A stretch of DNA of 64,000 nt from a bacterium (lineage in GTDB: Bacteria; Patescibacteriota; Patescibacteriia; Veblenbacterales; UBA10138), in NCBI GenBank assembly GCA_020057885.1, contig JAGVEX010000009.1:36704-100703 (forward strand), given 5' to 3'. Position 1 is the first letter of the stretch, and every line of letters starts with the position of its first letter. Made by a program: the position numbers and the translations under genes. Below the pieces are notes generated by a model. It searched no databases. It was not told the origin of the DNA and worked only from the letters and a program-made list of their open reading frames with translations. Shown here one piece after another: positions 9,952 to 18,476 of the stretch.

Positions 9952-10039
9952 AATGAATATACTTTAACATTTTTTGCTAACTTTGGCAAAAAATAACCTA
10001 CTAACATAAATCACGGCTATCTTACCATCACACACCTCT

Positions 10040-10075
10040 GTATCAACGTGTTAACACATTGATACAGAGGATGTA
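10040..10075. promoter_or_regulatory. 36-bp near-perfect palindrome in divergent promoter region (candidate operator)
   Basis: cctctgtatcaacgtgttaacacattgatacagagg: 12-bp perfect arms around a tgttaaca core; lies between divergent asnS and the 10215 ORF. Confidence 0.35.
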
Positions 10076-10214
10076 ATTAAAATAATCACAAACTATGTGA
10101 CAAATTAGCCAATAAATGATAATCTCTAATTCGTCGGATTGATTTAAAATTATAAACACCAATTACTGTTTATCGCCAACAAAATGACATTGGGATTATT
10201 CATCCAAAACCTGA

Positions 10215-10676
10215 ATGTTTTATAGATTAAAAAAAATATTTTGGAGACTATTTGAACCTATTTTCCCCACCATGCGGGATACTTGGATATTTTTAGGCTT
10301 TATTAAACATAATGAACGCCAACGCCATCTCCTGGGCCATCTTAAAGCAAGTGCCAGCCGCCACGACCTGCGCACAATTTTAATAAAAGCTGGTTTTGAA
10401 GATGATTATTTGGGCTGGATTGATCCGGATGAAATTTTGAATATGAGAAAATTAATAAACTTTGTTTATCAGTATCATGTCCGCTTATTTCCCGACGGAG
10501 AAATACGCGGCCATTATGAATTTTCCACCGAAAGCCACCCATTTAAACATTTACGCGAGGTGGGAATGACTGATGGTTTTGATTATTTAAAACCACTTTT
10601 GGCTGAAGTAATGACTAATGATCCACATTTGTCTCCGGCCAAATTAAATCCCAAATTGCGCCCGCGGCGTTCCTAG
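10215..10676 (+). CDS. hypothetical protein
   Basis: 153-aa ORF; 3' end overlaps the convergent ATP-grasp gene by ~62 nt. Confidence 0.4.
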   Translation: MFYRLKKIFWRLFEPIFPTMRDTWIFLGFIKHNERQRHLLGHLKASASRHDLRTILIKAGFEDDYLGWIDPDEILNMRKLINFVYQYHVRLFPDGEIRGHYEFSTESHPFKHLREVGMTDGFDYLKPLLAEVMTNDPHLSPAKLNPKLRPRRS

Positions 10677-11832
10677 GCGTACCCGCAATTGGATAATGGT
10701 GTAAATCAATAAAAGGCAAACTATTGCATTCAATCACGCCGCAAGCTTGTTGCTGATGCCACGGATCACTGATTGAAGAAATAATAAAATCAATTCCAAT
10801 AATAGGATCTCCCACAAAATTCGCCACGCGCCTAAATAAATCGGCGTTGTGTTCGTGTACCTCTTGAGTAACGTCTGTTGTCACACCGCCAATACCACGG
10901 TTTACTTTATTACCCAAAGTAACTTGCTGCCCTTTTACCGGAACAGTCTGCCAAGTTAAACCTTGTCGCGCTAATTCCTCGCGAGCTTCTTGTTCGCTGG
11001 GCAAACTATGAAAAATATCTTCATCACGGCCCGGATGCTCGTTAGATGCACTTGCTAATTCTCCTATGGAATGCACTCCGTCACCAATGATTTGGGGAAT
11101 ATCACGCCTAGCCACACCAATTAACTTTCCACCCACCACTGTGGCACGGAAAACTGGGCCTTGTAATTCCTCCTCCACCACCACCCAAGGGCAAAGTTTT
11201 TGCGCTGAATAAAAAGCCTGTACCAATTGGCTACGCGTATTAATGTGTATAAAAGTATGGCGCGAGCGCGAACCAATACGCGGTTTTACAATTACGGGCG
11301 GGCCCATTTCGTCAAACATGACTAAGGCTTTTTTTACTAAAGTAAACATACCACCGCGCGCAATGGGAATTTTTGCCTCACTAAATTTTTTGCGCATTAT
11401 AGCTTTATCGTCCATCCATTCCGAGCCGTCACCCGTGTTGCCGCGTGGTCGGGGCAATCCATCAAAAGCATAAAGTCGGCCCTGGTGCCGCGCTACCATT
11501 AAATCCACTGAGCGACCAAAAGGTCTAAATTCAAAAAGCTCAATACCACGGCGCTTGGCCTCTTCCCATAGCACTCTTAAACGCAAATTATGATCTGGTT
11601 TAATATCGGTTACCACCTTACCCAAGCCTAAACGCTTGGCCCAAAACATAGAATGGTAAGCAATTTTATCAAGCGGCAGTTTTAATACTAAGGGTCGAAA
11701 CTTTTGCCAAATTTTATCCATAAATTTGGTATAAGGAGAAAAAAACCAATCAACCATAACTATAGTTCGCGCTAAAAAGTGCGAAGTTGGCGTGGGGCCA
11801 CAATCAGGACAAACTTTTTTAGATTTAAACAT
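10615..11832 (-). CDS. ATP-grasp ligase, cyanophycin-synthetase (CphA N-terminal domain)-like
   Basis: 405 aa; IPQIIGDGVHSIGELASASNEHPGRD...EVHEHNADLFRRVANFVGDPIIGIDFI matches the CphA/RimK-type ATP-grasp core; N-terminal CPDCGP. Confidence 0.6.
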   Translation of the reverse strand: MFKSKKVCPDCGPTPTSHFLARTIVMVDWFFSPYTKFMDKIWQKFRPLVLKLPLDKIAYHSMFWAKRLGLGKVVTDIKPDHNLRLRVLWEEAKRRGIELFEFRPFGRSVDLMVARHQGRLYAFDGLPRPRGNTGDGSEWMDDKAIMRKKFSEAKIPIARGGMFTLVKKALVMFDEMGPPVIVKPRIGSRSRHTFIHINTRSQLVQAFYSAQKLCPWVVVEEELQGPVFRATVVGGKLIGVARRDIPQIIGDGVHSIGELASASNEHPGRDEDIFHSLPSEQEAREELARQGLTWQTVPVKGQQVTLGNKVNRGIGGVTTDVTQEVHEHNADLFRRVANFVGDPIIGIDFIISSISDPWHQQQACGVIECNSLPFIDLHHYPIAGTPRNAAGAIWDLIWPETNVDH

Positions 11833-11882
11833 AAAGTGTTTAATATTTTAACAGTGGGTATAAAAAAGGTAAAGTCAACATT

Positions 11883-12521
11883 TTATTTATGCCAAAGTTT
11901 GCGCCAAAATTGTGAACCCGCGCTAAGTAATCGCTGACGTTGTTCAATATCTTTCCAAACTTGGATAAAAGGTGGCAAAAAAGAAACTATAATAATTAAA
12001 AAAATTATTGGCAAAAGATAACGATCGACTCCTGGAATAATACTGCCTAGCGAATAACCCAAGCCGGTTAAGCCAACGGCCCATAAAAATCCGCCCAACA
12101 AATTATAAGCTAAAAAAGTAGGGTAATGCATATCACCTACTCCGGCTAAGATAGGTGCCAACGTACGAACACCCGGCACAAAACGCGCCAAGATGATTGT
12201 TTTGCCGCCATGCTTAGCATAAAAAGCACGGGCTTTCTCTAAATTACCCTGATTAAAAAATAATGAATTAGGGCGAGTGAAAAATTTTTTACCTACCCGC
12301 CGGCCAAAAGTATAACCAACATTATCACCTAACACGGCTGCCAAAAAACACCCTATTATTAAAGTCGCGATGCTAAAAATGCCCTGTGAAGCCAAAAAAC
12401 CGGCGGTAAAAAGCAAGCTATCGCCTGGAAAAAACATACCAATTAATAAGCCCGACTCGGAGAAAATAACAGCGAGTAAGCCAAAATAGCCAATGGTAAT
12501 AATAATCTGTTCTAAATTCAC
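11883..12521 (-). CDS. DedA/VTT-domain membrane protein
   Basis: 212 aa; FFPGDSLLFTAGFLASQG DedA signature. Confidence 0.75.
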   Translation of the reverse strand: MNLEQIIITIGYFGLLAVIFSESGLLIGMFFPGDSLLFTAGFLASQGIFSIATLIIGCFLAAVLGDNVGYTFGRRVGKKFFTRPNSLFFNQGNLEKARAFYAKHGGKTIILARFVPGVRTLAPILAGVGDMHYPTFLAYNLLGGFLWAVGLTGLGYSLGSIIPGVDRYLLPIIFLIIIVSFLPPFIQVWKDIEQRQRLLSAGSQFWRKLWHK

Positions 12522-12618
12522 CTTATTATCTTAACATAAAAGCACAAAAACACTCAGGTATATAAAAAGCAAGGTCTATAAAAGCACCTTGCTTGTTCTA
12601 AAAATTTATTAGTTAATT

Positions 12619-13239
12619 TTAGGGAACTTCTGTAGACGGGGTTGCGCCATTAAACTGCCACTCCAAAAAACTAGCTATCGTGGCGTCATAATGAGCAGTA
12701 TGTTGAAACGCCTTAAGAGCTAATTGCTCACGAGTTGATGGTGTAATACCGCCATTTTGTATCTCAGAGATTATTAATTTATAATCATTTGGATCGCATA
12801 CTACCGCGACCCTTTCGTAATTTTTAGCAGCCGCCCGCAGTAGAGATGGTCCACCGATATCAATTTGCTCAATTGCTTCTGCTAAAGCAACATCAGGTTT
12901 GGATATTGTTTGTGCAAACGGATAAAGATTAACCACCACCAGATCAATGAGCCCGGCTTTGATCATTTGTATTTGCTCTAAATGTTCTGGTGTTTGTTTG
13001 GCCAAAATACCGGCAAACACCTTGGGGTGCAATGTCTTTACTCGCCCACCAAGAATTTCTGGCGAACCAGTGTACTCTGAAACTTGAATAACGGGAATCT
13101 TCCATTGTTGAAACAAACTAGCTGTACTGCTAGTCGAAATAATCTCATAACCAATGCTGGAAAAAAACCGGCCTAATAAAACTAAACAATCTTTATTAGA
13201 CACTGAAATTAAAGCGCGCTTAACTAATTGGTTTATCAT
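12619..13239 (-). CDS. purH: standalone IMP cyclohydrolase domain (PurH N-terminal MGS-like domain only)
   Basis: 206 aa; ALISVSNK...GGRVKTLHPKVFAGILA...DLVVVNLYPF...IDIGGPSLLRAAAKNYERVAVVCDP is collinear with E. coli PurH residues ~1-200. No AICAR transformylase domain follows. Confidence 0.75.
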   Translation of the reverse strand: MINQLVKRALISVSNKDCLVLLGRFFSSIGYEIISTSSTASLFQQWKIPVIQVSEYTGSPEILGGRVKTLHPKVFAGILAKQTPEHLEQIQMIKAGLIDLVVVNLYPFAQTISKPDVALAEAIEQIDIGGPSLLRAAAKNYERVAVVCDPNDYKLIISEIQNGGITPSTREQLALKAFQHTAHYDATIASFLEWQFNGATPSTEVP

Positions 13240-13398
13240 AAGCTATTACTCCTTTTTTATAATTATTATTAATCTGTTAAGGTGCGGATTTTGCCCACCT
13301 ATTTATTATTAGTTTTATTTTGTGCCATCACCTTAATACAAATCAAATAAAAAAGCAAGGGCAGAAATAATCCCATTAAAAAACAATTAATGCTCTGT

Positions 13399-13435
13399 CT
13401 TGACAAAAATATTTTAAAAGTTTAAGGTATAGAGC
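13399..13435 (+). promoter_or_regulatory. sigma70-like promoter (TTGACA-N17-TAAGGT) for the GC-rich micro-operon
   Basis: ttgacaaaaatattttaaaagtttaaggtataga read directly. Confidence 0.3.
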
Positions 13436-13482
13436 TCTTTAAAAACCAATACCTTTCGGTACCTGCTGGCCTCAAATATTTG

Positions 13483-13587
13483 ATGCCAAAAGCTACTGGA
13501 AGGGCAACGCGCAAAAAACGCGTTGGCAGACTGGGAGTTCGTCGCCCCAGCGTCACCAAGCTCTTCTGTTTAATATTAATGCTCTAA
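13483..13587 (+). CDS. small highly basic peptide (34 aa)
   Basis: MPKATGRATRKKRVGRLGVRRPSVTKLFCLILML; GC-rich relative to flanks; 4 nt before the next ORF. Confidence 0.25.
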   Translation: MPKATGRATRKKRVGRLGVRRPSVTKLFCLILML

Positions 13588-13591
13588 ACCT

Positions 13592-13756
13592 ATGTATAGA
13601 GCATTCACAGGGGCTTTAGCGCTGGCTCTGGCATTCCTAGTGCTGAATTGGACCCTTCCCGAGTTGGCAACAGCGTTTGTAGAAGTAGCGTTAAAAACGT
13701 TACATCTCTTAAGCGCGGCGCTAGATTTAGTGCTACAAAAAATGCCAACTCAATAA
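13592..13756 (+). CDS. small hydrophobic/amphipathic peptide (54 aa, one predicted TM helix)
   Basis: MYRAFTGALALALAFLVLNWTLPELATAFVEVALKTLHLLSAALDLVLQKMPTQ; stop abuts an intrinsic terminator. Confidence 0.3.
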   Translation: MYRAFTGALALALAFLVLNWTLPELATAFVEVALKTLHLLSAALDLVLQKMPTQ

Positions 13757-13761
13757 AAACT

Positions 13762-13799
13762 AGAGGCTATGAAAATTTCATAGCCTCTTCTCTTTTTTG
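13762..13799 (+). terminator. rho-independent terminator
   Basis: agaggctatga-aaatt-tcatagcctct followed by tctcttttttg. Confidence 0.6.
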
Positions 13800-13824
13800 T
13801 AAAAACGAATAAATTTACAACCAA

Positions 13825-14622
13825 CTATTCAATACGGTAATTTAAATTTATCTCAATAATAACTTCTTGAGTACCAGTAGGCAAAACAGGTGAAGATACC
13901 GCGCCAGCACCGCCGCCTTTACCATCTCCACTATAACTGCCATAAGATTGAATACCCGGGGCCTGCACAATATTTTCCCACCAACCCATAATATCTCCAA
14001 GCTCTACTCCTACTGCTTGCGCCAAAGCGCCGGCTTTGGATTTGGCATCGGCAATAGCCTTAAGCCTTGCCTCTTGTTTAAGATCATTCAAATTGGCCAC
14101 ATCAAAAGTAATTCCCATAACTTGATTGGCGCCGGCTTTGGTAGCCGCCGCTACTACTTTTGAAACACTTTCCTTGTTATCGTTTAACTTGCGTACTTTA
14201 ACTGTAAGCTGCTGGTTGGCGCTATAGCCAGCTGGAATAGATATGCCGTCTTTATAATCATACTGAGGATAAAGTGTATAATTTTGCGTTTCAATATCAG
14301 CTTCTGTAATTCCTAGCAATTTAATAGCCGTTACTACTTTATTCATTTTATCATTCAACTGTTGTAAAGCGTTTTCTGCAGAAAATTGTTTATCAACCTG
14401 CACACCCAGATTAACATTAGCTATATCGGGCTGATAAGAAACTTTGCCCAAGCCAGTTACCGATACCTGATATTGCGGCTGATTGACAATGCGATCACGC
14501 AAAATAGAAACTGTAATAATACCAGTGAGCAACAACATGCCTAAAATCGGCAAAATAATCTTTGGTTTTAACCACTCGCCGCAGCAATGGCAACTAGATT
14601 CATTGTTTTGATTGTTTTCCAT
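13825..14622 (-). CDS. SIMPL/DUF541 (YggE-like) periplasmic protein
   Basis: 265 aa; N-terminal anchor; ...QNYTLYPQYDY...ARLKAIADAKSKAGALAQAVGVELG...EVIIEINLNYRIE pattern typical of DUF541. Confidence 0.65.
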   Translation of the reverse strand: MENNQNNESSCHCCGEWLKPKIILPILGMLLLTGIITVSILRDRIVNQPQYQVSVTGLGKVSYQPDIANVNLGVQVDKQFSAENALQQLNDKMNKVVTAIKLLGITEADIETQNYTLYPQYDYKDGISIPAGYSANQQLTVKVRKLNDNKESVSKVVAAATKAGANQVMGITFDVANLNDLKQEARLKAIADAKSKAGALAQAVGVELGDIMGWWENIVQAPGIQSYGSYSGDGKGGGAGAVSSPVLPTGTQEVIIEINLNYRIE

Positions 14623-14812
14623 AAAATATTACCTTGTGTGGACCTTATTTGTAAGATAATAAAAGCCCAAACGTTAATTATAAGTAAGTGATAATGAGAT
14701 AATTATAAATCAATTCATCGGTGCGGTCAATAATATATAAAATTATAAACATTACAAAGTGGTGAATTTTTGCTACACTAATTAAGCAACTAAACATTAA
14801 CTTATTAATATT

Positions 14813-15625
14813 ATGGATGCAGAAAACACATCTCCCAAAAAACCGTGTCTGGAACAAATTCCAGCAGCTATTAAAATTTTAATATCAATGTTCCTGCTAA
14901 TTTGGCTGGGCGCGCTGGGCCTTGACCGTGCTATGCAAGCTGGCATTAATTGGAAAAACCTCGCTCACTGGCAAAATCCGCGCAGTACCAACGACACTAT
15001 CTCGGTAACGGCACAAGGCAAAGTAACCGCCATTCCCGATGTCGGACTTATTTCACTATCTGTGGAAAGCCGAAATAAGACAGTGACCGAAGTGCAAACT
15101 GATAACACTAAAAAAATGAACCAAGTGGTCGATTATTTAAAAGGACTTAAGATTGAAGACAAAGATATTAGCACCACTCAATACAATTTATATCCTATTT
15201 ATTCCTACGAACAAAGGACTGGCAAACAAAGTTTAGATGGCTATCAACTTACCCAAACAGTAGAAGTAAAAATTAGAAATCTTGATAAGGTGGGTGAAGT
15301 GTTAAGTGGCAGTATTGAACGCGGCGCTAACCAAGTTGGCCAACTGACTTTCTCTATAGATGATCCGGAAAAATTACAACAAGAGGCACGTGTTAAAGCC
15401 ATAGCTAAAGCACGGGCCAAGGCTGAAACTTTGGCTCAAGCCGCCGGAGTAGATTTGGGCAAAGTAAGATCCTTCTCGGAAAATGTTAATAACCCAACGC
15501 CATACCCAATGTACTACGCGCGCGATATGGCGGTGGGTATGGAAAGCAAGGCAGTAGCACCTCAAATAGAGGCCGGCAGTCAAGAAGTAATTGTGAACGT
15601 AACTTTGAGTTACGAAATTGAATAA
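14813..15625 (+). CDS. SIMPL/DUF541 (YggE-like) protein, divergent paralog
   Basis: 270 aa; same architecture (TQYNLYPIYSYE...ARVKAIAKARAKAETLAQAAGVDLG...EVIVNVTLSYEIE). Confidence 0.65.
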   Translation: MDAENTSPKKPCLEQIPAAIKILISMFLLIWLGALGLDRAMQAGINWKNLAHWQNPRSTNDTISVTAQGKVTAIPDVGLISLSVESRNKTVTEVQTDNTKKMNQVVDYLKGLKIEDKDISTTQYNLYPIYSYEQRTGKQSLDGYQLTQTVEVKIRNLDKVGEVLSGSIERGANQVGQLTFSIDDPEKLQQEARVKAIAKARAKAETLAQAAGVDLGKVRSFSENVNNPTPYPMYYARDMAVGMESKAVAPQIEAGSQEVIVNVTLSYEIE

Positions 15626-15647
15626 ACTAATTTCTGCCCAATTAACC

Positions 15648-15696
15648 ATCGGGGAAAAATAAGCGATCGCTTATTTTTCCCCGATGTTATTTTAAT
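15648..15696 (+). terminator. perfect 39-bp palindrome / intrinsic terminator
   Basis: catcggggaaaaataagcgatcgcttatttttccccgatg followed by ttattttaatt. Confidence 0.55.
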
Positions 15697-15720
15697 TGTA
15701 AATTAGTTTTATCATCAAAC

Positions 15721-15760
15721 ACAAAACTACTTTCTTATTCGCGCGAATAAGAAAGTAGTT
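15721..15760. repeat. perfect 40-bp palindrome
   Basis: aaaactactttcttattcgcgcgaataagaaagtagtttt. Confidence 0.5.
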
Positions 15761-15997
15761 TTAAATTGCTATAATTAATGGCCAATGGTAGTAGTACGGC
15801 CTCGACCTGGCGGATGATAAGGTGGGGATAGCTTGGCGCGTTTGGCCCCCTCGGCCTGGCGTACTTTAAAGGATGAAGGTGTGCGAAACCGCACTACTCG
15901 TTTATTGCTTTTTGATGAATAGTTACGCATATTGTTATTATATCACACAACTAAAGTAACTTTGAAAAGTTACGAAATGTAATACGGGGTGTTAAAA

Positions 15998-16486
15998 CTA
16001 ATAATTTCTTAAAAATGTAAGATCTCTCTCACGAATGAACTTACCTTCATATTCGTCTGGGTTGTCTATTTCAAAAGTCCTGATGGCATCTTCTAACTTT
16101 ACCCACTCAATTTTAAAGTCGTTACTTTTTTCACTTTCAGTAAATGAAGGTTCTCCTTTTATACCTACCGCTTTAGCTCTATAGCAGTATGAAATTTGTT
16201 TCAGTTTGAACTCGCCTCGGTATTCAACAATTTCTCCAATATCTGAGCCAATTTCTATTTGACAACCAATTTCTTCCATACACTCACGTTGTAGTGCAGT
16301 AGAAATATCTTCAGATATCTCAACCCCGCCACCTGGTATTTTGTGGTATTTATACTTTTGAACGTGAAGTAAGGCGACTTTGCCTTCGACATCAAAAACA
16401 ACAGCTCGAACAGCATGCCTCACATCAAATTCACTTACCTGTTTTTCTGTAATATTCTCTGGGTTTATTTTTGCAAGAAGTTTCAT
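15998..16486 (-). CDS. NUDIX hydrolase
   Basis: 162 aa; Nudix box GGGVEISEDISTALQRECMEEIGCQ. Confidence 0.75.
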   Translation of the reverse strand: MKLLAKINPENITEKQVSEFDVRHAVRAVVFDVEGKVALLHVQKYKYHKIPGGGVEISEDISTALQRECMEEIGCQIEIGSDIGEIVEYRGEFKLKQISYCYRAKAVGIKGEPSFTESEKSNDFKIEWVKLEDAIRTFEIDNPDEYEGKFIRERDLTFLRNY

Positions 16487-16521
16487 AGTTTAAGTATAAC
16501 AAAAACCGTCTAAAAATGAAC

Positions 16522-16567
16522 AGCTTTGTTTCCATCATTTAATTTGGTGGGTCCAGTGGGGATCGAA
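16522..16567. repeat. attL: 46-bp direct repeat duplicating the tRNA-Lys 3' end plus 23 nt of flank
   Basis: agctttgtttccatcatttaatttggtgggtccagtggggatcgaa, identical to 24023-24068. Confidence 0.65.
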
Positions 16568-16769
16568 ACACCTACTCCAATTATTCCAAAATTCAATTAA
16601 TATGGTATTAAGCTCTGAACATTGCCAAAATTCCATTTCTCAGTAGTACGCAACTATGGTCAACTTTTACTCACTTTCATCACTTCGTGGGCACCAGATG
16701 GGCACCAGCCTAAAGCAACTTTGGGAAGTGATGAAATGTGGTAGCTCAAATGGAAACGTATATGTAAAT

Positions 16770-17549
16770 TTATTCCAGTGCTACCTGGGTAATAAATTCT
16801 GGGAAAATCTCGACTTTTCGTACATCTGCCGGATTGAACAGAAACGATTGTACGTCTTGCCCTAACTCTTTGAAATCAAGGTTAGTAATAGACTCTAATA
16901 GCCGTTGGCGTAGTGCCGCCGCATCTCCAACGCCAAGCTTAACTTGAAGATAACCATAGTTTGGCTTGGTAAACGAGAGTAAAAAAACAATGTCGAAAAA
17001 ATCACGCCCCTTAGCTCGCTTGCGGTTGACGGCGGCGTAGATTTTCTGGGAGAGCAAGATATCTGGTGGGGTCACAAAAGCCTCTGAGAAAATATCGAAC
17101 TTGTTCAAAATTTTCTTATCGGGCTGGTACGGAAAATCATGCGCAAGACTGTCAATTTGTATCAGAATCTTCTCCTCCTGGAGAGGTGAGAGTTCGTTCA
17201 CAAACAAAATATCTGGTAAACGCACCCGACACCGGTAAGCATCTTTGCCCATAGTATCAACTTCAGCCTTTAGTCCCTGTCCTTCAAGCTTTACCTGTAC
17301 ATATTGAGCAAGCGCAGCAAACTCCCCCTCCTGAAGGCTAAAATTATCGAAATCCAAATCTTCTGAAAATCTAGTATTACCATATACAATACGGAGAGCG
17401 GTGCCTCCCAAAAATGAGAGTTTGCTCGCGTATTCAGAAGCAAATATAATTTCTAAAATTTTATATTGCAAATACTCCCGTAGTAGTCCGCGCTTGAATG
17501 GACGCAGCGATTCAGGGTATTGCTGTTCAATCTGCTCTAGGGAAAGCAT
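16770..17549 (-). CDS. AbiEii/DUF1814-family nucleotidyltransferase (type IV TA / abortive-infection toxin)
   Basis: 259 aa; FLGGTALRIVYGNTRFSEDLDFD matches the AbiEii GGTAL...R.SEDxD motif. Confidence 0.65.
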   Translation of the reverse strand: MLSLEQIEQQYPESLRPFKRGLLREYLQYKILEIIFASEYASKLSFLGGTALRIVYGNTRFSEDLDFDNFSLQEGEFAALAQYVQVKLEGQGLKAEVDTMGKDAYRCRVRLPDILFVNELSPLQEEKILIQIDSLAHDFPYQPDKKILNKFDIFSEAFVTPPDILLSQKIYAAVNRKRAKGRDFFDIVFLLSFTKPNYGYLQVKLGVGDAAALRQRLLESITNLDFKELGQDVQSFLFNPADVRKVEIFPEFITQVALE

Positions 17550-17550
17550 A

Positions 17551-18171
17551 CTATTTAGCTTGCTTTATTAATTCAATTAGCTCTTCTAGCCGAACTAAAA
17601 ACGTCTTGTTCTTAAATGCAACGGCATATTGGCGAAGCTTGGTCAGACTTGCCTTTTCCAAGAATTCCCTACTATTAAAGCGCCATTCATAAAAATCCGC
17701 TCGTTCAATAATTTTTGGATTTAGATATAAGTAATCCAGCACTGCCTTCTCAATTTCGGCAATTTTATACTTCTGTCCCTTATGCTTCTCAAGTTGATAG
17801 CCGAATAAAAGCCCTGGCTTAATTTTTCGATACGAGAATTGCGCGATCGGTGTCTTGAAGCTAGCTGTCTTCTTGCCAGCAGCTGACGTTACCGAATAGA
17901 CTCCCTCGGGAATGAGCCCATAATGTGAAAGCGCCATTTCAAACGAAACATAAGACGGAGCATACAACCTATTTGCAATCAAAAAGAGCGTCTCTTCGTT
18001 TAGGGTAATATCAGAAAACATATAGTACCCCCTACGAAGCTTTTTGATATAACCATTTTTCTGCCAATCCACAAGCTGATGAAGATAAAACTCCGGTGCA
18101 ACCTTTCGGATGTCAGCCAAAGAAAAAACCGTAAAATCCCCTAATTGCTCCTTTAGTTGCTGGTATCTCAT
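17551..18171 (-). CDS. AbiEi-like antitoxin/transcriptional regulator
   Basis: 206 aa; N-terminal wHTH-like FSLADIRKVAPEFYLHQLVDWQKNGYIKKLRRGYYMF; 1-nt spacing to AbiEii. Confidence 0.55.
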   Translation of the reverse strand: MRYQQLKEQLGDFTVFSLADIRKVAPEFYLHQLVDWQKNGYIKKLRRGYYMFSDITLNEETLFLIANRLYAPSYVSFEMALSHYGLIPEGVYSVTSAAGKKTASFKTPIAQFSYRKIKPGLLFGYQLEKHKGQKYKIAEIEKAVLDYLYLNPKIIERADFYEWRFNSREFLEKASLTKLRQYAVAFKNKTFLVRLEELIELIKQAK

Positions 18172-18476
18172 AATAGTTCCAAAAAGTACTGTTTTTAGTA
18201 CTCTTCGGAACCATTATAGCATAGATATACAATAAAATCAAGGCATCCAGCATTTGTAGCCATTTAAGCGAGGGTGGTGCGAGCTCTGGCCACACTAAGA
18301 TACAATTTAGCAAGGCTGTCTAAGTATTCCTCTGCCTTAGCTTTGGAAATTACAAGATTATACTTCGAGAGTGTATGGTCTTGGTATCTAACGACTAATT
18401 GTTTTGAATAAATCATTAGTCGAGCCCCAAGTCGTGGAGAATATTAGAATCAGAATTATAATTTTTTATAATATTT

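Noticed and set aside
13430-13800. tmRNA / RNase P / 6S identity for the GC-rich micro-locus
   Set aside because: No tRNA-like 3' end (GGTTCGAnTCC...CCA), no ANDENYALAA-type tag frame, no RNase P P4 motifs (GGAAAGUCCGGGCUCC) detectable by eye; kept only as unclassified.
16656-16865. 69-aa ORF near attL
   Set aside because: Overlaps the AbiEii C-terminus antisense; its N-terminus (GHQMGT) is just the repeated integrase-arm/3'-end sequence. Treated as repeat, not gene.
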